From NCBI RefSeq assembly GCF_006345805.1, contig NC_043005.1:69564001-69628000 (forward strand): 64,000 nucleotides of DNA. The letters are read 5' to 3'. Shown here in pieces: positions 13,940-28,015 of this stretch (its first letter is position 1; every line of letters starts with the position of its first letter). Both the position numbers and the translations under genes were made by a program. The notes under the pieces were generated by a model. It did not search any database. It was not told the origin of the DNA and saw nothing but the letters and a program-made list of their open reading frames with translations. This stretch comes from Octopus sinensis (taxonomy: Eukaryota).

Positions 13940-14490
13940 AAGGCACAAGGTCTAAACTTTGTGGGGAGGGGACTAGTCGATTACATAGACTCCAGGATTT
14001 AATTTATCGACACCGACATTTTGAAAGTCAAAGCCGATCTGAGAACGTAGAGACGGGTGAATTACCTATTACTTTACTACGCACAAGGGGCTAACCACAG
14101 AGAGGACAAACGGATTAAGTCACTTATATCGACCCCAGTGCGTAACTGGTTCTTATTCAATCGAGCTCGAAAGAATGAAAGGCAGAGTCGACCTCGGCGG
14201 AATTTAAACTCAGAACGTAGCAGCAGACGAAATGCCTATTTCTATTTCTTTACTACCCACAAGGGGTTGGACACAGAGGAGACAAACAAGGACAGACAGA
14301 CATATTAAGTCGATTATATGGAACCAGTGAGTAACTGGTACTTATTTAATCGACCCCGAAAGGATGAAAGGCAAAGTCGACCTCGGCGGAATTTGAACCA
14401 AATACATTGAAAAAACAAGAGTGCTTATAACGGCAGACGAAATACCGCTGAGCATTTCGCCCAGCGCGCTTACGAATCTGCCAGCACGCT
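13940..14490 (-). mobile_element. SINE family 2, tandem/dimeric copies
   Basis: Repeated GAAAGGCA(A/G)AGTCGACCTCGGCGGAATTT(A/G)AAC block; minus-strand GCCTTTCATCCTTTCGGGGTCGAT block (resembles the MetaSINE domain, from memory); head remnant near 14440-14490. Confidence 0.85.
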
Positions 14491-15596
14491 GCTTTAACAT
14501 CTACATTAACATTAAATACATCCTTATTTCATCTTATGGTCACATATTTGCTTATTTATGTTTTATGCTGTTTAAACAGGCTTCTAAATATGCGTTTAGG
14601 GAGAAACCTAAGACAGACATAACTTAACCATATACATTTAAATACTCAATTCTATTATCTTTTCCTTTTGACCATATCGTGTAATATCGCCGATTTTCTT
14701 TTTTCTCTCGTGTGTGTATCGTTATTTATTCTATGTATTTCCCATTTGATATTTCTTTGTTCAATACCACCAAGGACTGCGATACATCAATTTTCTGTTA
14801 GAGAACCACTTTTGAAAAGATCTACTTTCTACAACAGTAGAAGCAGTCCAATTAAGATATGAAACCAGTCTGGCTACAAGCGTACATTGAAATCCTTTTC
14901 ATGCATCCGTACCAAATCTTTTCTATTTAATTCATCTCCCTTTGGTCCTTTATTTATGACATTGTTGTACCATAATATCCTTGACATTTTTCTTTGTAAG
15001 TAAGAACCTCTTTGAATATACGAAACAACAGCAAATCCCTGCTGTCTCTGCTTTATTTTGTATGAATGATAGGAACAAATCCTATCTATTATAGTTACCG
15101 TTACCTTTAATACAGATCGAATAAATTGCACTGCAGTAATTTTTGCAGTGCTCTGCGGCCGATTTCAAACCTGGTTTACCTATATTTAATTTTCCCTTTC
15201 AGGAGGCCGATAGATACGCTGTCAGTTTTAGCGTTGTCTCATCTCTTTGTCGAAATGATTGTTTATTTTTCAGATCTATCAAACCTTCTTGAAGGATTCA
15301 TTTTCTTTCTTAGAGGATTTATTTTGCTCGGGACAACATGATGACATTTATATCACAAAGGCGCCACCGTGATTCCCTCAATCATATAATATGAAGAAAC
15401 TTCGTTGATATTCAAAACAATAATAGGCAACAAATAACATTAAAATCCTAGACAAAAGTAGCCAGAGCAGTTTTTCATATCGCAAATGGAGTAGATTCGA
15501 GGAACTGCTAATAGGGATTTTCATAGTCTGTGTTATTATTTAATATCAGATGATTGTCAACGTACATACATATGTTCACATATATTAATATATGCA

Positions 15597-15740
<144 letters not shown>

Positions 15741-15859
15741 TATCTGTGTATCTGTCTGTATATCTATGCACACACACATAGATCTTTGTTATCTTTATTA
15801 TTTGCGATTCTCTGCGTCATATTTCAAACCTAGCTTAGTGATGTTTCGCATTTTCTTTT

Positions 15860-16910
15860 AGGAGACAGATAGATACACTGTGAGTATCAGCGTTGGCACA
15901 ATTCTTTGTCGAAGTTATAGCTTTTGTTATCATTATCGTCACACTGCCTTACGCGCATACGTGCTCATAGTTGGCACTATTATGGTCTTTCTGGTTTCAC
16001 AGTAAAAGCATGGCCGCTGCACTAGCGTTGTGCACTAAATAAGAACAAAGAGCAGGGATCCGGTTTCTCTGGTCGGAAGGTGTGTCAGGTGCTGAAATTG
16101 ATCCACGATGAGCTAGGCTTCCATGGAATCAGTGCAAGATTGGTGCAAAGAGAGCTTACTGCAGAGCAGAAGTGCAAACGTCTTAAGGTCTGCCAACTTT
16201 TACTCGATTGCTACAATAATTAGTGTGAGGAATATTTTAGCAGAATAGTCACATGGGATGTAGAATCCAGATGACAGATAGAAAATCCATTAAAATGTAA
16301 CATCCAGACGACAGATATATAGAGTGGAAAAAACTGGCTCGCGAGCGACGAAGATATTCAAGATTCAGTCTTCCGCGTGTAAAGTGATGCTAACCCTTTT
16401 TGGGACTCAAAAGGTTCTATTCAGGGAGACTGCCTTGAAAATAAGTGTACGATCAACAGTGTAAGATACAATGCTTTACTGGCCAAAAAACTGAAGCCAG
16501 CAATTCGCACCAAACGTTGAGGTCTGCTGCACGTATGCGCAGAAGTCGGTGTGGCAATAATGGCATCAAGAGCTATGACTTCGACAAACAATTGTGTCAA
16601 CGCTAATTCTCACAGCGTATCTATCTGTCTCTACATTGAAGCCATTAACCAATTGCGTTTTGAGGTGCTAGAACTCCCTGCCTAGAGCCCACATTTCACC
16701 ACTTCCGATTATTATATCATTTGACCACTGGAAGAAGGCTTACAAGGTAATCGATTTTCCTACGGACGAAGTGGTGCATGATAATAACCGAATAACCCCT
16801 TCTTGAACCAAATGCATCGAAAAGATAGAATATAAGTCCTCCTTTATCCCCTGATTTCGTGCAAATACATTGAGAAAACAAGAGTGCTTATAATATTTGA
16901 CTCTCCTTCG
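15860..16910 (+). mobile_element. Decayed, internally deleted mariner (Tc1/mariner) transposon
   Basis: Fragments EQRAGIRFLWSEGVSGAEI; HDELGFHGISARLVQRELTAEQK (WVPREL-like); FSRIVTWD; VMLTLFWDSKG; LKPAIRTKR*GLL; LRFEVLELPA*SPHFTTSDY (HPPYSPDL-like). Right end ATTTGACTCTCCTTCG followed by TA at 16911-12. Confidence 0.85.
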
Positions 16911-16984
16911 TATATATGAAATATGCATATATATGTTTATGCGTGTGTGTCTTTGTGCTTGTGTGTGTCCCTTCACCATCGCTT

Positions 16985-17320
16985 GAAAACCGATGTTTGC
17001 GTGTTAAGGTCACCTAAAAGAGACAGGGAGACAGGGAGAATAAGTAGTACGCTTATATAAAATAAGTTCTGTGGTCAATTTTATCGACTAAAACCTTTAG
17101 AGGCAGTGCTCCAGAATGGCTGCAGTCAAATGACTGGAATATAGAATCAAAGAATACACGCACACATATTCACACATACATGCATACATACATACATACA
17201 TACATACATGCATGCATGCATGCATACATACATACATACATACATACATACATACATACATACATACATACATACATACATACATACATACATACATACA
17301 TACATACATGCATGCATGAG
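16985..17320 (+). repeat. SINE family 1 3' tail remnant followed by (CATA)n
   Basis: TCGACTAAA...GCAGTGCTCCAGAATGGCTGCAGTCAAATGACTG (about 17085-17135); (CATA)n at about 17175-17310. Confidence 0.8.
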
Positions 17321-19934
17321 TATATAGCGATAAAATATCCAAGGGGTAGGGCACAATCTGCCACATAAAATTTGGGTTGCTGCTATCCGCGTTAAGTAGT
17401 AAGTCGCTCTTAGGATAACTTGGAATCCATCCGATGGATGAATCACGGGCTTGCTTCACTGGATGTGGCATATCTTCGAGAATGTAAATCCCAAGACAAT
17501 TACAATGAATATGGAGATTAGTACATATGCATATTATAAAATTTAATTTTTTTTATTTTACAGTTAATTATACATTACATCTTGTTTTTATATGATCAAC
17601 AGACGTTACTAGAGCATAAAGAATTAGCAATGGTACATGCATCCTGTTCGTGTTTTCTCGACTATACACCTCTATTCACGTGTGTCCACATATATGTTTC
17701 GAACCGAACTGAGTATATCTATGCGTGGCTAACGTATTTTGATAGGTTACAATGCTTGTAGATAGAACAAAAAGTGATGGCCGAGGTAGATTTAGGAACT
17801 TGATATAGCTATCAAAATGATAGCGCGGATGACTTCATCCCGACATTAATTCGAAAATTAGAATCTTAGACCTTTAAGTAGGTCAGAGTGTATTTCTAGT
17901 TGGTTTATGAGTTTTTATAACTCAATGCTTTCTACAACCGCTAGGTGCTAAATGAGATTAAATTAGATCTAACTAAATTCTCTTCCATTCAGTTATATAT
18001 ATATGGAATGAGGAACATATTTATGAGTGCAATTTAAACGTTCCTCAGAATAATGGAATTTTAGATTATATGAGGACATTATATGCAGATTTAACGTCCT
18101 ATATGAGTTGCTATGATTTATGAAAAAGATATTTCAATTCAATGAAAATATCTATTGCTACTTGAAAGTCAAACTGGAAATTACCTTGAAATTTAACCTG
18201 TAAATTCAGGCACCTCCTAGTTGTGTCGAGATACTAATTTATTCATAGTTTGCATGGATGTAATTAAAGGTATTCCTATATAAGTCTGAACATCTTATGA
18301 CTTGTTCTTGACTACTGCCATGTGCGTCGATTTAAAACTTTGGGAAAGTGCCCCTATGCACCAAATACATGTTTCCTCCTCTTAACGAGATGTAGCTATA
18401 ATAATTTCCTCCCATTCTATATTAGATGCATGGCTTGTGTCTTTCAGGAATTATGCAAACGTACTGAAGCTAGTTTTGTGCACTTACTCCCTATCCGAAC
18501 TAAAATGGTTTGCCAGATGTGTCCTGAATTTTATTGAGCATGCATTGGTATAGAAGTGCGGGTTCCTTTCTAACATAATCTTCCATCGGTAGACTCCAAT
18601 TTTACTTCATGCATTGAACAGAGAGACATTTTATTTTTTCTGCAACTACAAATGTTTTTCTGGATCACTCTCATTACTTACACATTACTTACACATCTAT
18701 TGAACTACTATTGTCTCTAGTTTACATGTTATTATGTCAAACTAATTCTGTACTCGGTCGAGTTTCTGTAGGAATCGTAATAGTTTTCCCCTTACAAAAC
18801 ATATCAACATTTGGGTGTTCATTTTCCAGCCATTGCATTTATCCGTGGTATTCCGTTTCGTTCAAGGTATCGCTTGTTTCATTCATTCATATAAAACAGA
18901 AAGGTTTTCCTTTTGTAATTATGACTATAGCATATCTTTACAACATATAATTCAATACATATGAAGATATCCATATTATATTCATACTGAGATGTGCAAA
19001 TAAAAGTACGATGTAAAATCTAATTTGCAATATTGAATAGACGTTTTACCTATACTACTTTACTATAGAAGTATTTGCGTGGATCATTTTTAGCTGTGAT
19101 ACATTTTAGCTACAATTCAGCGTACATAGCGGAAAAGAAAATTCTGGTAACTTCGTCAATCGATTACATCAGTGGAGACATTTTCTAAAACAAATCACAA
19201 GTGGATAGCGACAAAAATCGAATAGTAAAGAAGAGAAAGAACAGAAAATGTTGCTGATTCTTCTTCTCAAACTCCAGTTCGATTGTCTGCTATACCTCAA
19301 TACATTTAAGCATATCTATAATGCTGTTGGAAATATCGTATATAAGAACACATAAAAGGCATTATAGTTTATAATAAAACTAAAAATATAATTTCAGATA
19401 TGTATGTGAGAAATCGATATTTACGAACGAAGATTTAGCATATATAGGACACAGATAGACATAGGGAAGAAACTGATATCGATCATCACTTCCTGAAAGA
19501 TATCAGCAAAAATATTTATCAATCGAATAACACCATCATGGATGAATGAACTAAGATTTATACTGAAATTTATTCCTAACGTAACTGGTTTGTTTCATAC
19601 ATCTAGCATAGAAAAAGCCAAAATATTGCATATCAACATCATATATGATTCCTAATAAATTCAACTCAATGCTACAAAACTGAGACACAGGTTATATACG
19701 ATCTATTGACAAGAATTCCGCGTTAAATATGTTTTATATCCCTGCGGGTATTAACAGTTGCAAATGCTGTAAGGTGTATATTGCGATATACTTAGACAAA
19801 TTCATTCGTAGACATATGCATATATATATATAACGAAATGTTAGCGATAAGCAGTGTTTAGGCATAGAGCAAAATTTAGGTTAATTAAAATCTGCTTCCG
19901 ACATATTTGAACAGCTAAAATACGATATAGTTAT

Positions 19935-20428
19935 ATACACTACAGTTATTGTGGAGAAAATTTCTATCATATGGCAAAAAGTGTGAAAACACCCGGTGTA
20001 TTCAGTGTCACCATTTATCATGAATCCCAAACATCGATATTGCGAGTTTATTGACCCTTCTCAATGGGCAGTACCTAAGAGAGGTAGCTCTAAACAATAC
20101 TCATAAAGCAACAACTATGTATAATTCAGTTAACGAAGTTGATTGATTTGCGATGGTTTTTCGCCAGAGCGAGGAAAATAACGACATTTTATCGCCGAGC
20201 TGTGTTTAGGTATAATCAAACTTTATGTTAGTTAAAATACATTTTTGATATGCTCTAATTGTTCAAGATAAATACACAGCAGCTATGGAGAAGAAAATAA
20301 CTTTCTTATGGCAAAAGGTGTGAAAACACCCGATCTGTTCCGTATTGCCACTAATCAGGAATCCCAAACAGAGATATTTCAAGTTTATTGATTTTTGTCA
20401 ATAGGATGTATCTAAGAGAGGAAACTCT
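19935..20428. repeat. Old direct duplication of about 155 bp (19935-20091 and 20272-20428)
   Basis: Shared ATGGCAAAA.GTGTGAAAACACCCG, GAATCCCAAACA, AGTTTATTGA and CTAAGAGAGG blocks at an offset of about 337. Confidence 0.85.
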
Positions 20429-21020
20429 TATATATTTATTGCTCTTTAATGCAGCTGAAATTGAAAGCATGTCTCTCAACTCATGTCTTACGTAAATGCA
20501 GTATTTCGTTGAGAAATTGTGCAGTTTTATTTTGGTATGTTGTTTTGGTAACAGCTTACGTATGTTGATTGGTTAGATATATTTATTCATTTATTTTATT
20601 TATTTTTGTGTATCTTATAAATATTTTTCCTTATATCTACTTCTTGAACCTGTAGGTGGGAACGTGTTGTGTTACTTTCTTCCTCCAAAATTATGGACTA
20701 TGAGAAGTTGACATATATTGGACCACTCGCACATGAACTGATTACTTGAAATCAACGAGTGGAAACGATACCATGACACGAAGTAGGAGAAAATGGCTGT
20801 AGTATCCAACAATTCAAAGAAAAAGTAGCTGAAATGCTGTCAAATTGTGTTGGCACGAAGTAAGCAACAGTAATACAGTACGGCTTGGGAGGAGACAGTT
20901 TTTTGCGAAAAGCACGATAGAAACAAAACCTCTATTATCACAGCCAATCAGAGTAGAATCAGATATATATGTAGACATGTACCTGTATATGTGTATATAT
21001 GTATCTCTCTCTCTCTCTCC

Positions 21021-21085
<65 letters not shown>

Positions 21086-22986
21086 TATATATATATATAT
21101 ATGCATATATACCTCTAAATTACTTAGAATAGGTTACTTTTGTAATGTGCTACAAAATATTACCACAACATAAGGTAGCAAAACATTAGTAAAACACAGC
21201 ACTTCATATCTATATAAACTTTGTATATAAAATGATAATTTTAAAACATGGGGCAACGTTTAAGAAAATGAATAACTTTGAATTAGCCAGCCACATAAAA
21301 AGTTATGTCGTATCTGACAATGCATGACATAAACTCTCACACATTCATATTTCGGAGGTAGCATTAAAATTTGTTATATTGATATTGCCTGGATTAAAAT
21401 TTAAGCTATATACGTCAAATCACGTTTATCCAGAAGGCCCCGAATTTATAGTAGCTTTTCCTTTCTAGTTATTCAAGAACGTAGACTATGAAAAAGAAAA
21501 AGAAATATTTTCAACTGATGAAACAATAACATAGCTGTTTATCAATAAAATCTCCTTCAAAAGTAAGTTGTGCCAATTTCGTATAGTTTTAATCCTGCTC
21601 TTTAAACGCGAAAATATTTAAACTGTAAGAATCCCTTTTGATAAACTGTTTGAACGTGTACTGGACATTATAGCCCTGATTAATAGTTAATGTATGCTGT
21701 TCTTATCATGTTAATGAAATATATTCACAGTCATTACGAAATAATTGCCATGTAAAATGTAATTATAAAATCTCTCGAAAATGCCTTTAAAAACAGGTTA
21801 TGCATATCATTATATAAATGTGCTTTATATAAATATGCTTGTTCTAATTATTCAATAAAGAAATCTCTGACCATACAGATATACGGATTATTTAGATTAA
21901 ATTTTACGCTCCAAACTCATATTTAGCTGGTGCTTACACGTGAAATATAGCCATAAGTGGATATAATATCTTTCACTACAGAAACTTAGATATCGAGAAA
22001 TGTATAAAGACGAACCACTAACTTAGAGGAGAACTTTCTGGTGAAGGTATGCTTCAGAGACATATATTAATAAGCATATATTTCACTTTAAACGTACAAA
22101 ATCTGCATGATGTATAAACTATCGGTAACACAAAATACAGAATAGAAAACAAATGCTTGTGTTTAACATTGCATAAGTAAAAAAAAAATTGAAATGAAAG
22201 GAAAAATATTTACATGGTCTCAGAAACTCAGAGCCACCCACGTTAATATAGAAATTGTCGGTAAAAAACAAGTATGCGATCATGAATATTCCCATATTAA
22301 GTGTGAATGTACTCTGCTATATATATCCATGCAGATTTAAAAATACACACACGAAGTACAAAAACACTGATTTGAAATGCCACCGTAAATTAAACACTAA
22401 TAATAACTATAAAGCAGAGAGATTGACTATATTACTTCTATTACTGATGATGCTGTTGATACTACTGCTAACACTGGTACTGAATTTACCGATGTGAGTA
22501 CCTGAACTGTATACAATATAAATGATCCCATTGGAAATAATAGCAATGTTGACAGTTCGTGGTTTCAAATTCAAAGCTTTCATGAGGAAACTATCGCAGT
22601 TTATATATATATATATATATATATTAAGTATAGGAAAGAATGGAGCAGTCATCGAAAAACTTGTTGTGCATTTTGTTGGCGAAATAAGTTCCTGGATTTT
22701 CCTGAAGAGAAAGCTGCATAATGGACTCCTTATTCATTCGGAATTAGGGATTTTGCAGACTTCGGAACATGTGTCGAAAATAAAAAAAAGGAATTTTGTT
22801 AAATCTTCGTTCAGCTCCATTCTTTCTTATACTTAATATATTAAATTAAACTTCAAATTTCCGCACTAAGGCACGAAGATTATGCCCTATGGTCGTAACT
22901 TCAACCGTGCTATTTCTGTTGTGAGTTTGCTACCCAGGTATCGGTTATCTTTCGAATTATCCGTAATAAGATAATTCATTTGTCTA

Positions 22987-23026
<40 letters not shown>

Positions 23027-23649
23027 CAATTATGTATTTATTTTGTTATATTTCCTCTGACGAAAGCAAATTATTTTATTACTAAGCCATTATAACTAAG
23101 AACCGTGATTGAAGGGTTCACTATTATTTTTTTTTTACTAATTTCCGTGTTCATTTCTCATTTCGCATGCGCTAAATGAATACATGATGTGGTTTTAGAA
23201 TCAGGTTTGACTGCCATATCTAGCATGAAAGTACCTTTCCAGTTTCCTTAATTATAATTATATTTATAAAATTATATATCTATAGTAATTATCACCTACA
23301 CGAGACTTTCCTTTCTGTCCACTTTATATAATCGTTATTATAAATGATGGTCTTGTACTATTTATATATTATTCTATATATAAAGATATAAAAAAATTAT
23401 ATATTCTATATAATTATATAAACATATGTATGTTCTATATAATTTTCGTTTATAAATTTTATTATGGACTACAGGTAATGCATGCACAGTGATATACTGG
23501 CGCTTGCCTGAAGCAAATGTTCAGAAAACAACTCCATTTTAAACGCATACACAAATAAAAGAACCTGGCATAGAACTTCTCTGTCAGATTATGTTGCAGT
23601 GCCTGTTTTTCAGTTAATATACTTTAATTATTGAAAGCAAATTATTAAT

Positions 23650-23760
23650 ACGCCGGGCAAAAATGCTAAGCGGCATTTCGTCCGTCTTGAGAGTTTGACT
23701 TCAGATTCCGTGAAGGTAGATTTTGCTTTTCATCTTTTGGGAACAAATAAATCAAACGCT
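23650..23760 (+). mobile_element. SINE family 2 fragment
   Basis: CGCCGGGCAAAAATGCTAAGCGGCATTTCGTCCG...TTTGCTTTTCATCTTTT. Confidence 0.65.
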
Positions 23761-24984
23761 AGTTGACCACACGACTTATTCACCCCTAAGAATTTCTTAG
23801 CCAAAATTTTAAACCAAAATTTGTCGTTTACTTATCACTGAGTTTTTCCTTGTATTAAATGCCCGTTCTGGTAACTTCTACTTCGCAATATTTCCTTATA
23901 TCCACATGATTTAAATTTTACATTTTCAGATTTTCCTTGTTTCAGCAGAATCTACTGAGTATTAATATATCATTGCATGACATACCTACGTATTTGTGCC
24001 CCACAAAAACTCTTTCCCCACAACTCCCAAAGGCAAAATACGTGTTTTTTAAGGAAATAGTCTACAAATACGTTTTAAATAATGTACATGACGTGTATAT
24101 TAAAATTTATTGTGGAAACATTATTCCAGTATGTAGGGAGGGGAGTTTCGGAATTTTCATACGTCTCGGATTTTCTTCCACATAACTTTCAGAATAAAGT
24201 GGATTTTTTTATGAATGTTTTTACAAATATCTTTCACCATGATAGAACATGATTATAAAGGTATAAATACAAAAAATAAAAATGATGATCTTGCACATAA
24301 ACATATTGACTTACATCGCATATATCTACCAAATGAATATAAAACTTTGAAATAGATTGTGATGCATATCATTATGTATGCGTGTTCACTAGTTATCTTT
24401 TCATATCAATTCGGATATATTCGTAATTTACTGAATATGAAAGGTATTTGTAGTAAATTTCATAAAAAAATTCCTATTTTCCGACAGTTATTAGGAAATA
24501 AAATCCACTTCATGTGAATTTTATGTAACTCCCCTCTCCATCCGCTGGAAAAGGTTTTAAAAATAAAATCCTCTTACAATTGGAATCTACATTATCTGAA
24601 GCAAATTTGTTGAAAATCTGATTAAAAATTGTTCATTTTTTTCTGGAGGTTGTGAGGAAAAAACTAAGGTGGGATGCATATGTTAGGTATTCCAATTACT
24701 ATAATACAACTAACATTAAGATTACCATGCTAATATATATCCACGTATCAGCTTGCCTCGCTTTCTTTCCTTTTTGTTTTGTATGTATAAACATTCGATT
24801 ATATACCTGTATGTTATGTATAAAAAAAACACTTGATTCGTTTGATTTAAATCAAATGGGTGACAATAATGTGAATATGATGGGCTCATATAAGATAACG
24901 GTTTTCACGATGATGTGTCCCGTAACGAACGAATACTAACTATATTGAAAATGCATGTTGGTATATATACATACATACATACGA

Positions 24985-25022
<38 letters not shown>

Positions 25023-26019
25023 TATATATATTCAAATTTTGGGGAAGCAGTTCTGTGCTAATTTCTCCTTACTTTATACATGCAGTGTATATATATATAT
25101 TTGCAACGTTATCGTTGTAATATCGAATTAAATTTTGTATACAACATCATTTCTTATCTTTTCGGCATAGTTGAATAATTATTTACTTAATAATATCTAT
25201 TCATTTTCAATAATAAATTTAGAAATAATAGATTCCAAGTATTATTTTTGTTTATGATTAAAAAAATAGCAAACGTGTGATTATTTCTGTAGCTTGAAAT
25301 TATTGAAAACAGTTTATTTTCATACCCTATCACGAAATGTATTCGGTCCATAATTTTAATTATTCACTTATAGATAATTCAATTTAAATATATTCAAGCT
25401 ATTCGTATCTATCAATAAAACATAAATATTACACAGTTCGCGCTATATAAAGTAAGGTTCCTTTGAAAAAGAATTTGAGACTAAAGCTAATTTTCAAATT
25501 TGCTTTTAACACATCATTGCTTTATCTTTGTGTTCCTTTCAGTTTTTATGGAAATGCTAGATCAGTATATAGAAGTACAATACTGACCCAATTCTACATT
25601 TTTCCTGGTATAAGGGATTATTTCTAAAAACAAGGCAACGTTAATTATTAATATATTGTATTTGGAAGAGAGATATGTTTTCGACGATTGGAAGGGAATA
25701 ATAAAATGTGAGAAAATTATTTTATCATATATCTCTGCGCAGTATCTTTTTGTTTGCATGCGCGCATAGATACAAGGAAGCACAACCAATTAGGGGTGCT
25801 TTGAACAACGAAAATATGAATAGAGATATTGCTAAAATAGGGTTACAGGAATTGACCGTAAGCCACCGAAACCTACGTCACTGAAGAATTTGGCAAGAAA
25901 GACACGTATACAACACTATAACTCTGTAAAATACAAACGAGAACACACACACTTGCAACACAAATTCATAACCGTATATACTCTTTTATTTTCCAGTCGA
26001 ATGAATCGATCCTAGTATT

Positions 26020-26250
26020 TATTTTTTATAGCTTGGTTCTTATTGTATCGGGGACGTAAACACAACAACAGCAATTGTCAAGAAATGACAAATGCTCGCG
26101 CGCATACACGCATACATTTATATACAGATAGACTTTTTTCCGCTTATGTCTACCAAATCCACCCATAACGCCGCGTAGAGGTATTGAACACGGCGCCATA
26201 TGGTAGGGACGCAAACTAATTACCACATAGGCACACACGTATGAAAAACA
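26020..26250 (-). mobile_element. SINE family 1, degenerate
   Basis: CGGGGACGTAAACAC and TCTACCAAATCCAC blocks. Confidence 0.5.
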
Positions 26251-26837
26251 AAACATACTTACATATAATTTCAACTTACGATGGAAGTAAACAAAGTTTG
26301 CTTTAGAAGTGTTAACATACACTGAAAGATTCAGAATTACCTTATTCTCAAACGCATGATAATGCTAATACGATGGCATGAACAGGATAAACTATCCATA
26401 TATGTCAGAAAAATTCGTTACCGGCCAGCCATACACTCATACCAAATGAAAACATATACCCGCTCGTTCATGCAGATATGCACCCACCTAATTTCTGCAT
26501 ACAAATTCGAATATAGAGAAGTTGCTTCTATTGAAGCATATCAAACACTCATAAACACGCACATGGAAATACGCTGACATCCACACGCTCATATTAATGT
26601 TGGTACAGGCACACAGACATTTGGTATACACCCACACCCGTATGTACTCACGTCCAAGCACACCTGTACATACACACCAAAGAGCTAATATCGTCCACTG
26701 TCATGCACACGCATGCAAATACACGCACAGGAAACACACACGCGTAAACTCCAGATACGCACACTCACGTACTTATGAAGAAATAACTCCAAGCCCACCC
26801 ACACAAGCAGATACAAATCTATAAAGAATCTCATCTC

Positions 26838-26868
26838 ATTGGCGCCACGTAGACAGCGTGGCGCCAAT
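26838..26868. other. GC-rich 12-bp hairpin
   Basis: ATTGGCGCCACG-tagacag-CGTGGCGCCAAT. Confidence 0.9.
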
Positions 26869-26910
26869 AATTTGTCCAACCATGAGGTCCGAGTTATACA
26901 CATTTCGATT

Positions 26911-26916
26911 TTTATT
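26911..26916 (-). promoter_or_regulatory. Candidate polyadenylation signal AATAAA
   Basis: Lies about 70 nt downstream of the TGA at 26983-26985 on the minus strand. AATAAA is common in AT-rich DNA. Confidence 0.3.
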
Positions 26917-26982
26917 TCATGTAGCTCATATTTCATTATCTCAATACTAATAGGAACCGAACCGAGTGGACCGCATTGTCCA

Positions 26983-27097
26983 TCACCAGCCCAATCTCCA
27001 GTAGCCATCTTGAACTTGCATCCTCTCTCCATTCGGTCTCCTAAGCTTGGCGAGCTGGTTTCTTAGATGAGTCTATGAAACTTTAATTTGCATGGAG
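26983..27097 (-). CDS. Candidate terminal exon; best peptide THLRNQLAKLRRPNGERMQVQDGYWRLGW* from the 27072 acceptor
   Basis: Two possible acceptors: ttgattcag| (27097) and tttcatag| (27072). GC-rich relative to flanks and followed by AATAAA. Product not recognised. Confidence 0.35.
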
Positions 27098-27182
27098 CTG
27101 AATCAAACTGTTGTTAATTAAGTAATAATTAAAACAAACCAAATGTTTCGAGTGTCGCTTTCCTTCGTCCACTCACACTTAC

Positions 27183-27313
27183 TACTGCTAAAGACTCTGC
27201 TCATTTCCATCTTTAAATGTCTGATAGATTGTTCGTAACGTAGGACCATTGACATGCTCTCTGATAGATATCCACATACTACTTCAACTGATCCCACAGC
27301 ACTCGGATAAATC
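27183..27313 (-). CDS. Candidate exon (131 nt), open frame IYPSAVGSVEVVCGYLSESMSMVLRYEQSIRHLKMEMSRVFSS
   Basis: atgctgtttcag| acceptor, GTA|gtaagt donor; one fully open frame (phase 2 to 1). Confidence 0.45.
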
Positions 27314-27780
27314 CTGAAACAGCATCTGATCAAAATTTCTCAAAATTACAAATTAATGTCGGGAAAATGAATAAAATTCAGACTGCAAATTCTTAATCAC
27401 CCACGATGATGCTGTCTGATATAACCATTGCCAGGTTGCACTTATTCTCAACCCCCTTATTTCTCTTAATATTGTATATATTTGCGTCTTATTATATTTG
27501 TATGATTATAGATATATTTATATGTGTTCAGTACATACCTCGACAAAAAATGCAATCTATTTAGACCCACAGTGCATTGGATGTCAGTGCTAGTTTATTT
27601 AAGATTCTATATTCTCCGTTTGAGTATGCATTTCACAAACTTCAACTTGTAATAACTGCGAAAAATATATAGAATACTAAACACAAATCGGGAACAAGAA
27701 TGAATTTCAGTCAAGCTAAAGTAATCAACATACTTTGACGTGAATTTTCCTACATTATATTAATGATATTACAAATGAGA

Positions 27781-28015
27781 AGGTGGCGAGATGGCAGAAA
27801 CGTTAGAATGCATGACGAAATGCGTAGCCGTATTTCGTCTGCCGCTACGTTCTGATTTCAAATTCCGCCTAGGTCGACTTTGCCTTTCATCCTTTCGGGG
27901 CAATAAAATTAAGTACCAGTTACGCACTGCGGTCGATATAATCGACTTAATCCGTTTGTCTGTCTTTGTTTGTCTTCTCTGTGTTTAGCCCCTTGTGTGT
28001 AGTAAAGAAATAGAT
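27781..28015 (+). mobile_element. SINE family 2
   Basis: AGGTGGCGAGATGGCAGAAACGTTAG head, TTCAAATTCCGCC B-box-like motif, GTCGACTTTGCCTTTCATCCTTTCGGGG and a tail ending GTAGTAAAGAAATA. Confidence 0.9.

Noticed and set aside
14700-15130. Possible Gypsy integrase remnant (minus strand); similar weak TE-like traces at 48000-48450, 28800-29100, 5100-5280, 49850-50200, 22500-23100 and 53950-54600
   Set aside because: Motif similarity is too faint to support a call without a profile search.
26850-27290. Selenoprotein reading (DLSECCGIS-U-SSMW) with a SECIS in the 3' UTR
   Set aside because: That frame has further TAG stops, and the ATGA..AA..GA candidate downstream does not form the SECIS stem.
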